A stretch of DNA of 48,753 bases, from the NCBI GenBank assembly GCA_002720275.1, contig PBHR01000034.1:5233-53985 (forward strand), in the 5' to 3' direction. Numbering within the stretch: the first letter of the stretch is position 1; each line of letters opens with the position of its first letter. The stretch comes from Methanobacteriota archaeon (GTDB lineage: Archaea > Thermoplasmatota > Poseidoniia > Poseidoniales > Poseidoniaceae). The notes beneath the pieces were generated by a model. The model was not told where the DNA came from. It was given only the letters and a program-made list of their open reading frames with translations, and did not search any database. Made by a program: the position numbers and the translations under genes. This document shows positions 9,798 to 17,467 of this stretch, in pieces.

Positions 9798-11279
9798 ATG
9801 AAATATGTTGAAAATGAAATAAAAAGAACTCTTTTTTCGCCTAAAAAACATACATGGTCATCACCATTAGGTGAAAAATATTCTCTTACCATACCAAGTA
9901 CCGTTTATCCACCAAGAGAAGATACTAATCTATTAGCAAATACGATATTGAATTTTGGATCAGGAGGTGGAAGAAAATTATTAGAAATCGGTTGTGGAAC
10001 GGGATTAATCTCTATCTTTGCTAAATCATTAGGTTGGGACGTTCTTGGATGTGACATTAATCCTCTTGCAATTGCAACTAGTAGAGGGCTTGCAAAAAAA
10101 TATAATTTTACAGATTTAAAATTTATAGAAGGAGGTATAGAGCCAAATTCTGAAACTACATCAAAAATATTTAAAAATGGTCCTTTTGACATGATTTTGT
10201 GGAATTTACCCTACCTTGAAAAACCAAATGAAAATGAATTGTTAGGGCCTTTGGAAGATGCCTCACTATCAAATATTGGAAACCAAAAATTACATGAAAT
10301 TTTATTAAAAAAAATAGATTATGAAAACGCTCTATCTAAAGAAGGGGTTGTTATTTTAATTCACAGCGATAAAGGACCGGGAAGAATATTATCATCAGAA
10401 TGTAGAAATCTTGGTTGGGCTTGTAAAAGCATTAATCAAAAAATCCTTGAAGATGGTGAAAAATTGCATGCAACATTAATTTGGAAACCGTGGTTTTTTA
10501 TTGAAAATATAGATTTAAATGAAGTTAAGTCGACAAATACTTACTTGCTAGAATCCAACTTACCCATCGGAACTCTAGCAACAACAAAGAATCAAACCAA
10601 GGGCAGAGGCCAAAGAAAAAATAATTGGATACATTTCAAAGGAGGTTGGTGCGGAAGCTGGTTAATTGATCTTGAAGATTCTACACCACAAATAATTCAA
10701 GCAAAAGCAGCTTTAGCTCTAATTGAATCTATCGCTGCAATAAATGGTGACGAATTGCCAACATTTGATTATGCATCAATGGCAAAATTTTTAGAAAATA
10801 ACATTTCAATTAAATGGCCAAATGATATAATGCTAGAGGATAAAAAAATAGCTGGGATATTATGTGAGGCAAAAACTACGGGCTCTAAAACTAAATGCGT
10901 AATTGGAATTGGATGTAATTTAAGAGATGAATCTCTAATGATAAAATCAAAATTACCCAATACAACCTCATTAGATGAGTTTAAGTTGATAAATAATGAA
11001 AAATGGACAAGAGTAATGCATGCATCAATTGCATCGAAATTTGAAAAACACGAAGGCGTAAATAAAGATGAAGATTCAAAGATAATTAACAACTGGTGGT
11101 TATCGATGGAAAAATTCAATAAAACCCATTTCATCATAATAGATTCAAAAAAATATCAAATCAATGGACTTTTGGCAGATGGCGGAATAAATTTGATTTC
11201 AACAAATAATAATTTGAATTCGGAAAAGAAATGTGACGAGAGTTATAATTTAAAATGGGAAAAAATATCATTTAATTAA
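9798..11279 (+). CDS. Fusion protein: HemK/Mtq2-like SAM-dependent methyltransferase (aa 1-~225) + biotin--protein ligase BirA catalytic domain (aa ~235-493)
   Basis: N-terminal part has VYPPREDTNLL, LEIGCGTGLISI (SAM motif I) and WNLPYLE (an NPPY-type motif with P->L). C-terminal part has KGRGQRKNNW (GRGRxGRxW-like) and KWPNDIMLEDKKIAGILCE (BPL signature). Confidence 0.75.
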   Translation: MKYVENEIKRTLFSPKKHTWSSPLGEKYSLTIPSTVYPPREDTNLLANTILNFGSGGGRKLLEIGCGTGLISIFAKSLGWDVLGCDINPLAIATSRGLAKKYNFTDLKFIEGGIEPNSETTSKIFKNGPFDMILWNLPYLEKPNENELLGPLEDASLSNIGNQKLHEILLKKIDYENALSKEGVVILIHSDKGPGRILSSECRNLGWACKSINQKILEDGEKLHATLIWKPWFFIENIDLNEVKSTNTYLLESNLPIGTLATTKNQTKGRGQRKNNWIHFKGGWCGSWLIDLEDSTPQIIQAKAALALIESIAAINGDELPTFDYASMAKFLENNISIKWPNDIMLEDKKIAGILCEAKTTGSKTKCVIGIGCNLRDESLMIKSKLPNTTSLDEFKLINNEKWTRVMHASIASKFEKHEGVNKDEDSKIINNWWLSMEKFNKTHFIIIDSKKYQINGLLADGGINLISTNNNLNSEKKCDESYNLKWEKISFN

Positions 11280-11510
11280 TTCAGCATCTAAAATTTCTTG
11301 CTCTTGACTATTTTCAAGCAAGATTCCGTAATATATCCCATATACAGTTAACCCAACGCCTAATGATATCATAAAGATATTTGAAATTAAATTTTCTGAA
11401 AAATTTGAACCGGACTTAATTGTCATCAAAATATAACCAATAAGTAAACTTATACCGAATACCAAACCAACATCGGGTAATTTAACTTCTGGTGCAGATC
11501 CTCCTCCCAT
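11268..11510 (-). CDS. small hydrophobic protein (about 2 TM), unknown function
   Basis: 80-aa ORF directly downstream of the Pop5-like gene on the same strand, with two hydrophobic stretches. Its end overlaps the end of the convergent birA-fusion gene by 12 nt. Confidence 0.4.
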   Translation of the reverse strand: MGGGSAPEVKLPDVGLVFGISLLIGYILMTIKSGSNFSENLISNIFMISLGVGLTVYGIYYGILLENSQEQEILDAELIK

Positions 11511-11528
11511 ATTTGCTCGTATCTGAAT

Positions 11529-11846
11529 TCAATCATCAATCTGCCGCTGAAAATAATCAGTAATTCTCAATCTCACAAGCCTTATTTTCCCGGAAGAGGT
11601 AATAGAGACAATTTCTCCAGAATGTTCATTGAACTTTTTTCTTACAAAATCATAATCCTCTAATTTAATTTTAATTATACATGAACCCTTAAAACCATCA
11701 ATAGTAAAATCATATAATTTGAAAGATTTATTTTCTATGAGGACATCAATTTCATCTTTCAACCTTTCAATTTCTAAAAAATTTTCAGAAAAAACTAAAC
11801 CAAGCCAACGATGTTTGCCTCGTGCTGCTTTACTAATTTTCGGCAT
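11529..11846 (-). CDS. rnp2: RNase P protein component 2 (Pop5-like)
   Basis: 105 aa. The N-terminal RGKHRWLGLVF resembles the Pop5 RxKxRYIxF motif, and the C-terminal SITSSGKIRLV resembles the Pop5 SGTIK motif. Confidence 0.55.
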   Translation of the reverse strand: MPKISKAARGKHRWLGLVFSENFLEIERLKDEIDVLIENKSFKLYDFTIDGFKGSCIIKIKLEDYDFVRKKFNEHSGEIVSITSSGKIRLVRLRITDYFQRQIDD

Positions 11847-11901
11847 TATATATGTCGTTAAAGGGCGAGTATCTTAACTTGCCGACTTCCACGGAGGTTT
11901 A

Positions 11902-13056
11902 ATGGGAGAAATCTCTTCGATGAAAAGTGCTGAAATAGAAAAAGTCACACTCAAGAGTATTTTAAAAGATTTATTTGCTAAAGAAAGAAGAGGGCATATT
12001 TTTTCTATCATTATTTTCGCACCAACACTCTACATTTTGAGTCAAAAAAGTATTTTGTCACCAGATATTAGCGCAATAGCATTTCTTTCACTTATGTCTG
12101 GTTATGTAATTACTGCATTAATGGGCTTAAATGAAAAAACAAGGCCATACCTTGAAAAGAGCACAGTATTTTCTGAAAATAAAAAAATCAATTCACCAAT
12201 TTTTAAAATTCTAAATTATATTTTTTCAAATATGAAAATGACAGCAATTCCAATGTTCCTTTCTACATTTATTTTTATCAGCCTATCGCTATTAATGGGT
12301 GAAAACAAACCACTTTCTAATGTAGGTGAATTTTTACCAATATTACTAGCAGCTTTATTTGTTTTCTGGAGTGCATCGCAAGCATTATCATACAAAAACT
12401 CACTAAATTTATGGATTAATAACAACATCGCAATCGACAACCAAGAAACAGAATTTGATTCAAAGAAAAATACAATTACACAATTAATTATTGTTGCAAT
12501 AATTGTAACCATTGTATCTTCAATAATGTTAAGTTATTTTGGAACTGGAGAAGATTTAAACAGTACAAAAGGGGTGCCGATCATCATAATCCTTGTTTCA
12601 ATCACGCAGGGCTTTATCCTATGGTATTCTAAAGATTCTAGAGAAAAATTAATGAAAAGAAAAGACGGCAAAAAAATTGAATTTGTTTGGGGTTTGGCAT
12701 TGCATTTATTTGCATCATGGCACTTACTTAGCGTCTATAGAAGGCTTGTATCAACAGATATTGATGTGTTTAATGTTTTTGAAGAAATTATCTTGATGAT
12801 TTTTACAGTCATCATGTCTATTTGGGCTATTTCTTCTAAAGGCATGACTAAAAATTATAATTTATTTGTTTCGGAAAATGTCCTTTTTTGGGGTATTGCT
12901 TTTGCATTCGGATATGCGGGAAGTGTAACGATGTTAGCAGTTGGTTTAGAAGGCAATATTTCAAGTATTTTTGCAATAGGACATTTTGTAACCTGGATTA
13001 CCTTGATGGCTATGCACAAACAATCATGTAAAGATTTCCTTACTTCAAGACTATAA
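11902..13056 (+). CDS. polytopic membrane protein, unknown function
   Basis: 384-aa ORF with about 9-10 hydrophobic segments. No motif recognised. Confidence 0.6.
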   Translation: MGEISSMKSAEIEKVTLKSILKDLFAKERRGHIFSIIIFAPTLYILSQKSILSPDISAIAFLSLMSGYVITALMGLNEKTRPYLEKSTVFSENKKINSPIFKILNYIFSNMKMTAIPMFLSTFIFISLSLLMGENKPLSNVGEFLPILLAALFVFWSASQALSYKNSLNLWINNNIAIDNQETEFDSKKNTITQLIIVAIIVTIVSSIMLSYFGTGEDLNSTKGVPIIIILVSITQGFILWYSKDSREKLMKRKDGKKIEFVWGLALHLFASWHLLSVYRRLVSTDIDVFNVFEEIILMIFTVIMSIWAISSKGMTKNYNLFVSENVLFWGIAFAFGYAGSVTMLAVGLEGNISSIFAIGHFVTWITLMAMHKQSCKDFLTSRL

Positions 13057-13971
13057 CTCATTTAAGGGCAACCCACTTAATACAGCAACTACTCTTACCA
13101 AACCCTCTAATTCCTCACTTACTCTAGCACCAAAAATAACTTGCGCATCCTCATCTAAACCCTTAGTAAATTCTTCAGCAACCACATCAACCTGACCAAG
13201 GGTTAAATCTGAGCCACCTTCGATTTGAATTAAACAACCTTTTGCTCCAGACATACTAACTCCTTCTAGTGGAGACCTCATAGTTTTTGAAAATAATTCT
13301 TGAGGGTTGTTTGGATCCCCTTGTGCTACAAACATAGTGGAACCACCCGTTCTTGAAACAATTGATCTTAAATCCATTAAATCTAGATTAATTAAACCTA
13401 CTTTTGCTAATGTTTGTATCACACCTGTTGCCAAATCTTCAATCCACCCACTTTCTTTCTGCCAATCTAAACCCCTTTCCCTAGATCTTATTGCCAACCT
13501 TTCTAATGAAACCTGAACACAAACATCAGTAGATTTTCTTAATTCATCAAGAGCTTTTTTCGCAATTTTTCTCCTTAATGGTTGGCATTCGAAAGGCAAA
13601 CCTGCAATTGCAATTGTTAAACATCCCGAAAGTCTAGCCTGACGGGCAAATTCAGTTGCCGCACCAGAACCACTACCTCCTCCAAGCCCCACTAACAACA
13701 CAACTAATTCAGCATCAGAAAGTACTTTAGCCGTTAATGGAGCATTTGCCAACATTCTTTGTGATGCGAGTGGAGTTAAAGCAGCACAACCCTCTATAGA
13801 ATTTGAGTCGCCTAACGACAACAAATGTCCTTCTGCGGATTCGTCAAGAGATCTCGAGTCGCCATCAATAAGTAATAAGTCTGACAAGTTTTTACATTTT
13901 TTATGTGAATTTTTGGCCCAGTTACAACCCACGCCTCCAATTCCGCAAATAAGTAAAGAATGACTGTCCAT
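13051..13971 (-). CDS. short, divergent FtsZ/tubulin-superfamily GTPase
   Basis: Carries ICGIGGVGCN (FtsZ N-terminal G-box), VGLGGGSGSGAA (tubulin signature GGGTGSG variant), INLDLMDLRSIV (T7-loop NxDFAD-like) and AKGCLIQIEGGSDLTLGQV. At 306 aa it lacks the long FtsZ C-terminal tail. Confidence 0.7.
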   Translation of the reverse strand: MDSHSLLICGIGGVGCNWAKNSHKKCKNLSDLLLIDGDSRSLDESAEGHLLSLGDSNSIEGCAALTPLASQRMLANAPLTAKVLSDAELVVLLVGLGGGSGSGAATEFARQARLSGCLTIAIAGLPFECQPLRRKIAKKALDELRKSTDVCVQVSLERLAIRSRERGLDWQKESGWIEDLATGVIQTLAKVGLINLDLMDLRSIVSRTGGSTMFVAQGDPNNPQELFSKTMRSPLEGVSMSGAKGCLIQIEGGSDLTLGQVDVVAEEFTKGLDEDAQVIFGARVSEELEGLVRVVAVLSGLPLNEL

Positions 13972-13985
13972 TGTTTCACCAGAGA

Positions 13986-14294
13986 TTAATAGTTAAGATA
14001 TCTTTCATATCTACGTCTTTCATTCCTTGCCCATTCATTGCTTGGTTCTAAGTCTAAAACTTCGTTATAATAAGAAATTGCCTTTTCATATTCAAGAAAA
14101 TATTTTCCGTAAAGAACTCCTAAATTATTCAATACAGGTATGCATTTAGGTGATTTTTCTAACATGTCTAATAACAATTTTTCCGCACTATTCAAATGTT
14201 GAGATTCAAGCATCTCTTCGGCCTTATCTAAATTTTCTAATTGCTCGTCGCTAAGGTTGTAAATATTGTGAAAAGCGCGGTCACTCATCATCAC
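13986..14294 (-). CDS. small TPR-repeat protein
   Basis: 102 aa with a TPR-like consensus (LNNLGVLYGKYFLEYEKAISYYNEVLDLEPSNEWA). It lies 14 nt upstream of the FtsZ-like gene on the same strand. Confidence 0.6.
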   Translation of the reverse strand: MMMSDRAFHNIYNLSDEQLENLDKAEEMLESQHLNSAEKLLLDMLEKSPKCIPVLNNLGVLYGKYFLEYEKAISYYNEVLDLEPSNEWARNERRRYERYLNY

Positions 14295-14430
14295 CTCGTA
14301 ACATTGATGGGCATTAGACCTTTGTGCGTTTTTGAGTTTTATTTTTGACTCTAATTCTAGGTCTAAAATTCATTGTTAACTAATAACGTTTATTGGGTCA
14401 AATAAAGTGGCCGCACCATAAGGTGAAGGG

Positions 14431-15261
14431 ATGTTCTCTGTAAACCAAAAAATATCCTCTTTTTTAGTTGTTTTTACGCTATTATTGTTGGCAGCCCCAG
14501 TATCCTCTTTACCCGGAGGTGTTGGGCTTGACCAAACATCAGGAGGAGGGCCTGAAGATGTGGCAAAAGATGGTTGTACATGCCATGGGACTGCCCCTAG
14601 CAACTCTGTGACTGCACTTATTGATGATGTGCCATTTGCCTACGTCCCTGGAGAAACATATACCATGCGCCTAGAAGTAATTGGTGGGCCAGAAATGGGA
14701 TCTGGGAATACCGGAGGTTTTTCAATGCTAGCTGATGCAGGTATTTTAGGTGCAGCAGAAGGTTTTGAAACACTTGTGCAAAATTACGAAGATAACTCAC
14801 TAACACTTACGCACACAGAAGAAGGTGCAAAAGTTGGAGATAGAGCCTGGTTAATCACTTGGACTGCACCAGAAGAAAATACGGGAAAAGTTACTTTTTG
14901 GATTTCACTGAATAGTGTGAATGGTGCTGATGCAAATTTAGGAGATATGTGGAACAGATTAACATTCCACATACCTGAAAGTTCTGAAGGAACTCCTGAA
15001 AAAGTATTGAACTCAATTCGGACTATTTTTTCCGGTGACGGTAATGTTGAACCTCCTGCTGCACACGAAGGTCATGTTGAATTGCATGACATGGGTGCCT
15101 CTTTTAGAGCGCATTGGCTTGGATTACTTGGATTTGGGGCGGTAATTGTCGTAATCATTTTTTCAGGTTTTATGCTCAGGTATGGATTCAGTCACTCATA
15201 CACCGGTAGAACAAATTTACTACGGTTAAGATATAAACACATGAGACGGGGGGACCAATAG
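14431..15261 (+). CDS. secreted, C-terminally membrane-anchored protein with a reeler-like domain
   Basis: Has a signal peptide (LVVFTLLLLAAPVSS) and a C-terminal TM (WLGLLGFGAVIVVIIFSGF). The pattern C-T-C-H-G ... YVPGETYTMRLEV ... GGFSMLA resembles the reeler-domain pattern CxxMxPxHG ... YxPGxxVxVxL ... FxGFxLQA. The domain call rests on my recollection of that pattern. Confidence 0.55.
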   Translation: MFSVNQKISSFLVVFTLLLLAAPVSSLPGGVGLDQTSGGGPEDVAKDGCTCHGTAPSNSVTALIDDVPFAYVPGETYTMRLEVIGGPEMGSGNTGGFSMLADAGILGAAEGFETLVQNYEDNSLTLTHTEEGAKVGDRAWLITWTAPEENTGKVTFWISLNSVNGADANLGDMWNRLTFHIPESSEGTPEKVLNSIRTIFSGDGNVEPPAAHEGHVELHDMGASFRAHWLGLLGFGAVIVVIIFSGFMLRYGFSHSYTGRTNLLRLRYKHMRRGDQ

Positions 15262-15722
15262 TGGCCAATGATTTGCTAGAAAAATTACTCCATGATGTAT
15301 CCCTTGGAAAAATTAATGTCAAGGATGCCAAAAAAGCTCTAGAAGGTGTCAATTTAGAAAAAGAGGATTTTCAAAAAGCCGTTGACTTTGGAGTCTTTAC
15401 AGAAGCCGAACCTGGCACAGTAATTAAAGCATCAATTTCTCCCTCTGGTGGCAGTGCCTTAGTTTCATTGATTTTTATTTGGGGGATTTTCTGGGTTACC
15501 TATTGGTCAGGAACAATGATGTATGGCCTGATGAATGGATGGGATCCTCAACAATTATCATACCACATGTTCATCACAATAACTACAATCATAATAATGG
15601 GTATTGTATATCAAAAATGGGTTTTACCAGATTTAATTGTAGTAAAACATGAAAGAAACAAATTTATTCCAGAACACTCTAGAAGAAAACATGAAAAAGA
15701 CTGGCATGAATACAAGGTATAG
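15261..15722 (+). CDS. membrane protein (soluble N-terminal segment + 2 TM), unknown function
   Basis: 153-aa ORF with a GTG start overlapping the upstream stop (TAGTG). It sits inside the Rieske/cyt b cluster. Confidence 0.5.
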   Translation: MANDLLEKLLHDVSLGKINVKDAKKALEGVNLEKEDFQKAVDFGVFTEAEPGTVIKASISPSGGSALVSLIFIWGIFWVTYWSGTMMYGLMNGWDPQQLSYHMFITITTIIIMGIVYQKWVLPDLIVVKHERNKFIPEHSRRKHEKDWHEYKV

Positions 15723-15730
15723 GTGATTTA

Positions 15731-16573
15731 ATGGGTAAAAATTTCGAATTCAAAATTCCTGGAAAAAATGAATCTAGCAAAGAAATCCTTGGTTCTGTAA
15801 TAGACCGAAGACAATTTATCAGATATGGGTTCAATACAGCCGCTGGTGTACTTGCGGCAACTTTTGGAGTTATTGGTTTTGCAGCTATTTTAATGCCTGG
15901 TGGAGGTGGTGGTGGCGGTGATTTAGCCGTGAAATACTGGGCAAAGGGAAGAGAAGACGATGCATGGTATGGTTCAAAACATTTGCAAGAAATGAAATTA
16001 GATGAATTCACAGCTGAAGCTGCAAAAAGTGTTTCTGGCATGGCTGGTGCTTCAGGGATCTGGAATGGTGTTCCAGTAAATGTGGTTTATACCCCCCATC
16101 AAGAAAACAAATCAAAGGCTTTGGAAATAAATGTTCCAAGATACCAATTTGGTGAAGGTTATGATGCCACAGGTAAATACGTAGGACACTTTGAAGATTT
16201 ATCTGAACAAGACCCAATACTAAATCCCGAATCGGGGGTGTTAATTTCATTTGGAAGATGCCCACATCTTTGTTGTATCCCCGGTTGGCAATTAGTGAGT
16301 AATAATTTTACAGAAGATAGTTGGGCACCGGGAGGTACTGAAGAAGGAGGGAACAAATTGTTTTGTATTTGCCATAGCAGTAGATTTGACCCCACTGCTT
16401 TAGAATTGAACGAAAATAGAAATCGTGCAAATGGACAAACATTTACTTATGCTGGAATTAAAAAAGTAGGAGGTCCTGCACCAGTAGGAATACCAATGAT
16501 TCCGGCATACATTAATGGGGGAGTCATTGAAGGGATGATTGACTACATCGACTGGTTAACATATTGTGATTGA
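15731..16573 (+). CDS. Rieske [2Fe-2S] protein with twin-arginine signal
   Basis: Tat motif DRRQFIRYG followed by a TM. The Rieske boxes CPHLCC (CxH) and CICHSSRF (CxxH) are present. Confidence 0.9.
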   Translation: MGKNFEFKIPGKNESSKEILGSVIDRRQFIRYGFNTAAGVLAATFGVIGFAAILMPGGGGGGGDLAVKYWAKGREDDAWYGSKHLQEMKLDEFTAEAAKSVSGMAGASGIWNGVPVNVVYTPHQENKSKALEINVPRYQFGEGYDATGKYVGHFEDLSEQDPILNPESGVLISFGRCPHLCCIPGWQLVSNNFTEDSWAPGGTEEGGNKLFCICHSSRFDPTALELNENRNRANGQTFTYAGIKKVGGPAPVGIPMIPAYINGGVIEGMIDYIDWLTYCD

Positions 16574-16579
16574 GGTGAA

Positions 16580-17455
16580 ATGATGAATACGATGTTTTGG
16601 GTTCTTTGGATATTTATAGCAATTGTTTGTGTATTAGTTGCACTGACGTTGCGTAAAGAAAATGATCAAACCCCTAGAAGAGAAATCCTTAGAGCTGTTG
16701 AATCATCAGGAAAAATGGGGGTTGCTGAAAGATCTTTCTTATGGGTGTTTTCATGGTTAGATACTCGTTTCAGACTACAAGATTATTGGGCAATGAGTAG
16801 AGATACATTCTACACAATGCACAGACAATTACCACTTACACATGCTGAAAAATATAAATTGAAAATTATTTGGTATTGGTATCCTCTTTATTGTTTAGGA
16901 GGTATTTCATTTTTAGCATTCATAATACTAGTAATTACTGGCACAGTTTTGGGAATATACTATGTCCCTGGCGGAGACCTTGAACTAGACCCAACTCCTG
17001 CCTATGCTTCAATGCAATTCATCATGCTGGAATTGCCGTTTGGCTACATCATAAGATCAATTCACCATTGGGCAACACACTTCATGGTTGCATCTGTATT
17101 CTTACATATGTGCAGAGTATATTTTACAGGCGCTTATAGAAATCCTCGAGAATTAAATTGGCTTATAGGTGTTGGTTTAATGTTTTTCACAATCTTTTTT
17201 GGTTATTCTGGATATTTACTTCCATGGGATGCTTTGGCTTTTGGTGCAGCAACAATTGGAATTAACATGGCTGCTGCAACACCACTTGTTGGACCACAAG
17301 TTGCAACATTAATGTTTGGAGGTACTTCTCTTTCTGGAGCAACTGTTACTAGGATGTATTTCATACACGTATTTATTTTACCTGTAATAGTAACTACATT
17401 GATTATTGTACATTTATTCATCGTTTGGGTACAGGGGATTGCGGAACCGCATTGA
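16580..17455 (+). CDS. cytochrome b6-type di-heme cytochrome b (N-terminal half of cyt b)
   Basis: Contains RSIHHWATHFMVASVFLHMCRVYFTGAYRNPRELNWLIGV. The helix B histidines are 14 positions apart and the helix D histidines (FIH...IVH) 15 apart, which is the b6/Firmicute-type spacing. Confidence 0.9.
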   Translation: MMNTMFWVLWIFIAIVCVLVALTLRKENDQTPRREILRAVESSGKMGVAERSFLWVFSWLDTRFRLQDYWAMSRDTFYTMHRQLPLTHAEKYKLKIIWYWYPLYCLGGISFLAFIILVITGTVLGIYYVPGGDLELDPTPAYASMQFIMLELPFGYIIRSIHHWATHFMVASVFLHMCRVYFTGAYRNPRELNWLIGVGLMFFTIFFGYSGYLLPWDALAFGAATIGINMAAATPLVGPQVATLMFGGTSLSGATVTRMYFIHVFILPVIVTTLIIVHLFIVWVQGIAEPH

Positions 17456-17467
17456 GGTGGAAATAGT

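Noticed and set aside
9905-13061. Minus-strand ORFs 9905-10192, 10769-11137, 12216-12512 and 12855-13061
   Set aside because: They are antisense to the better-supported methyltransferase/BirA fusion and to the 384-aa membrane protein. No motifs were recognised.
14560-14600. CTCHG in the 276-aa secreted protein as a heme-c attachment site
   Set aside because: The motif is CxCH, not the canonical CxxCH, and no cytochrome c maturation context is visible. I prefer the reeler-like interpretation.
15679-16395. Minus-strand ORFs 15679-16041 (with PPPPPPP), 16008-16265 and 16159-16395
   Set aside because: They are antisense to the Rieske gene. The poly-Pro is the complement of the Gly run (GGGGGGG) in the Rieske N-terminal linker.
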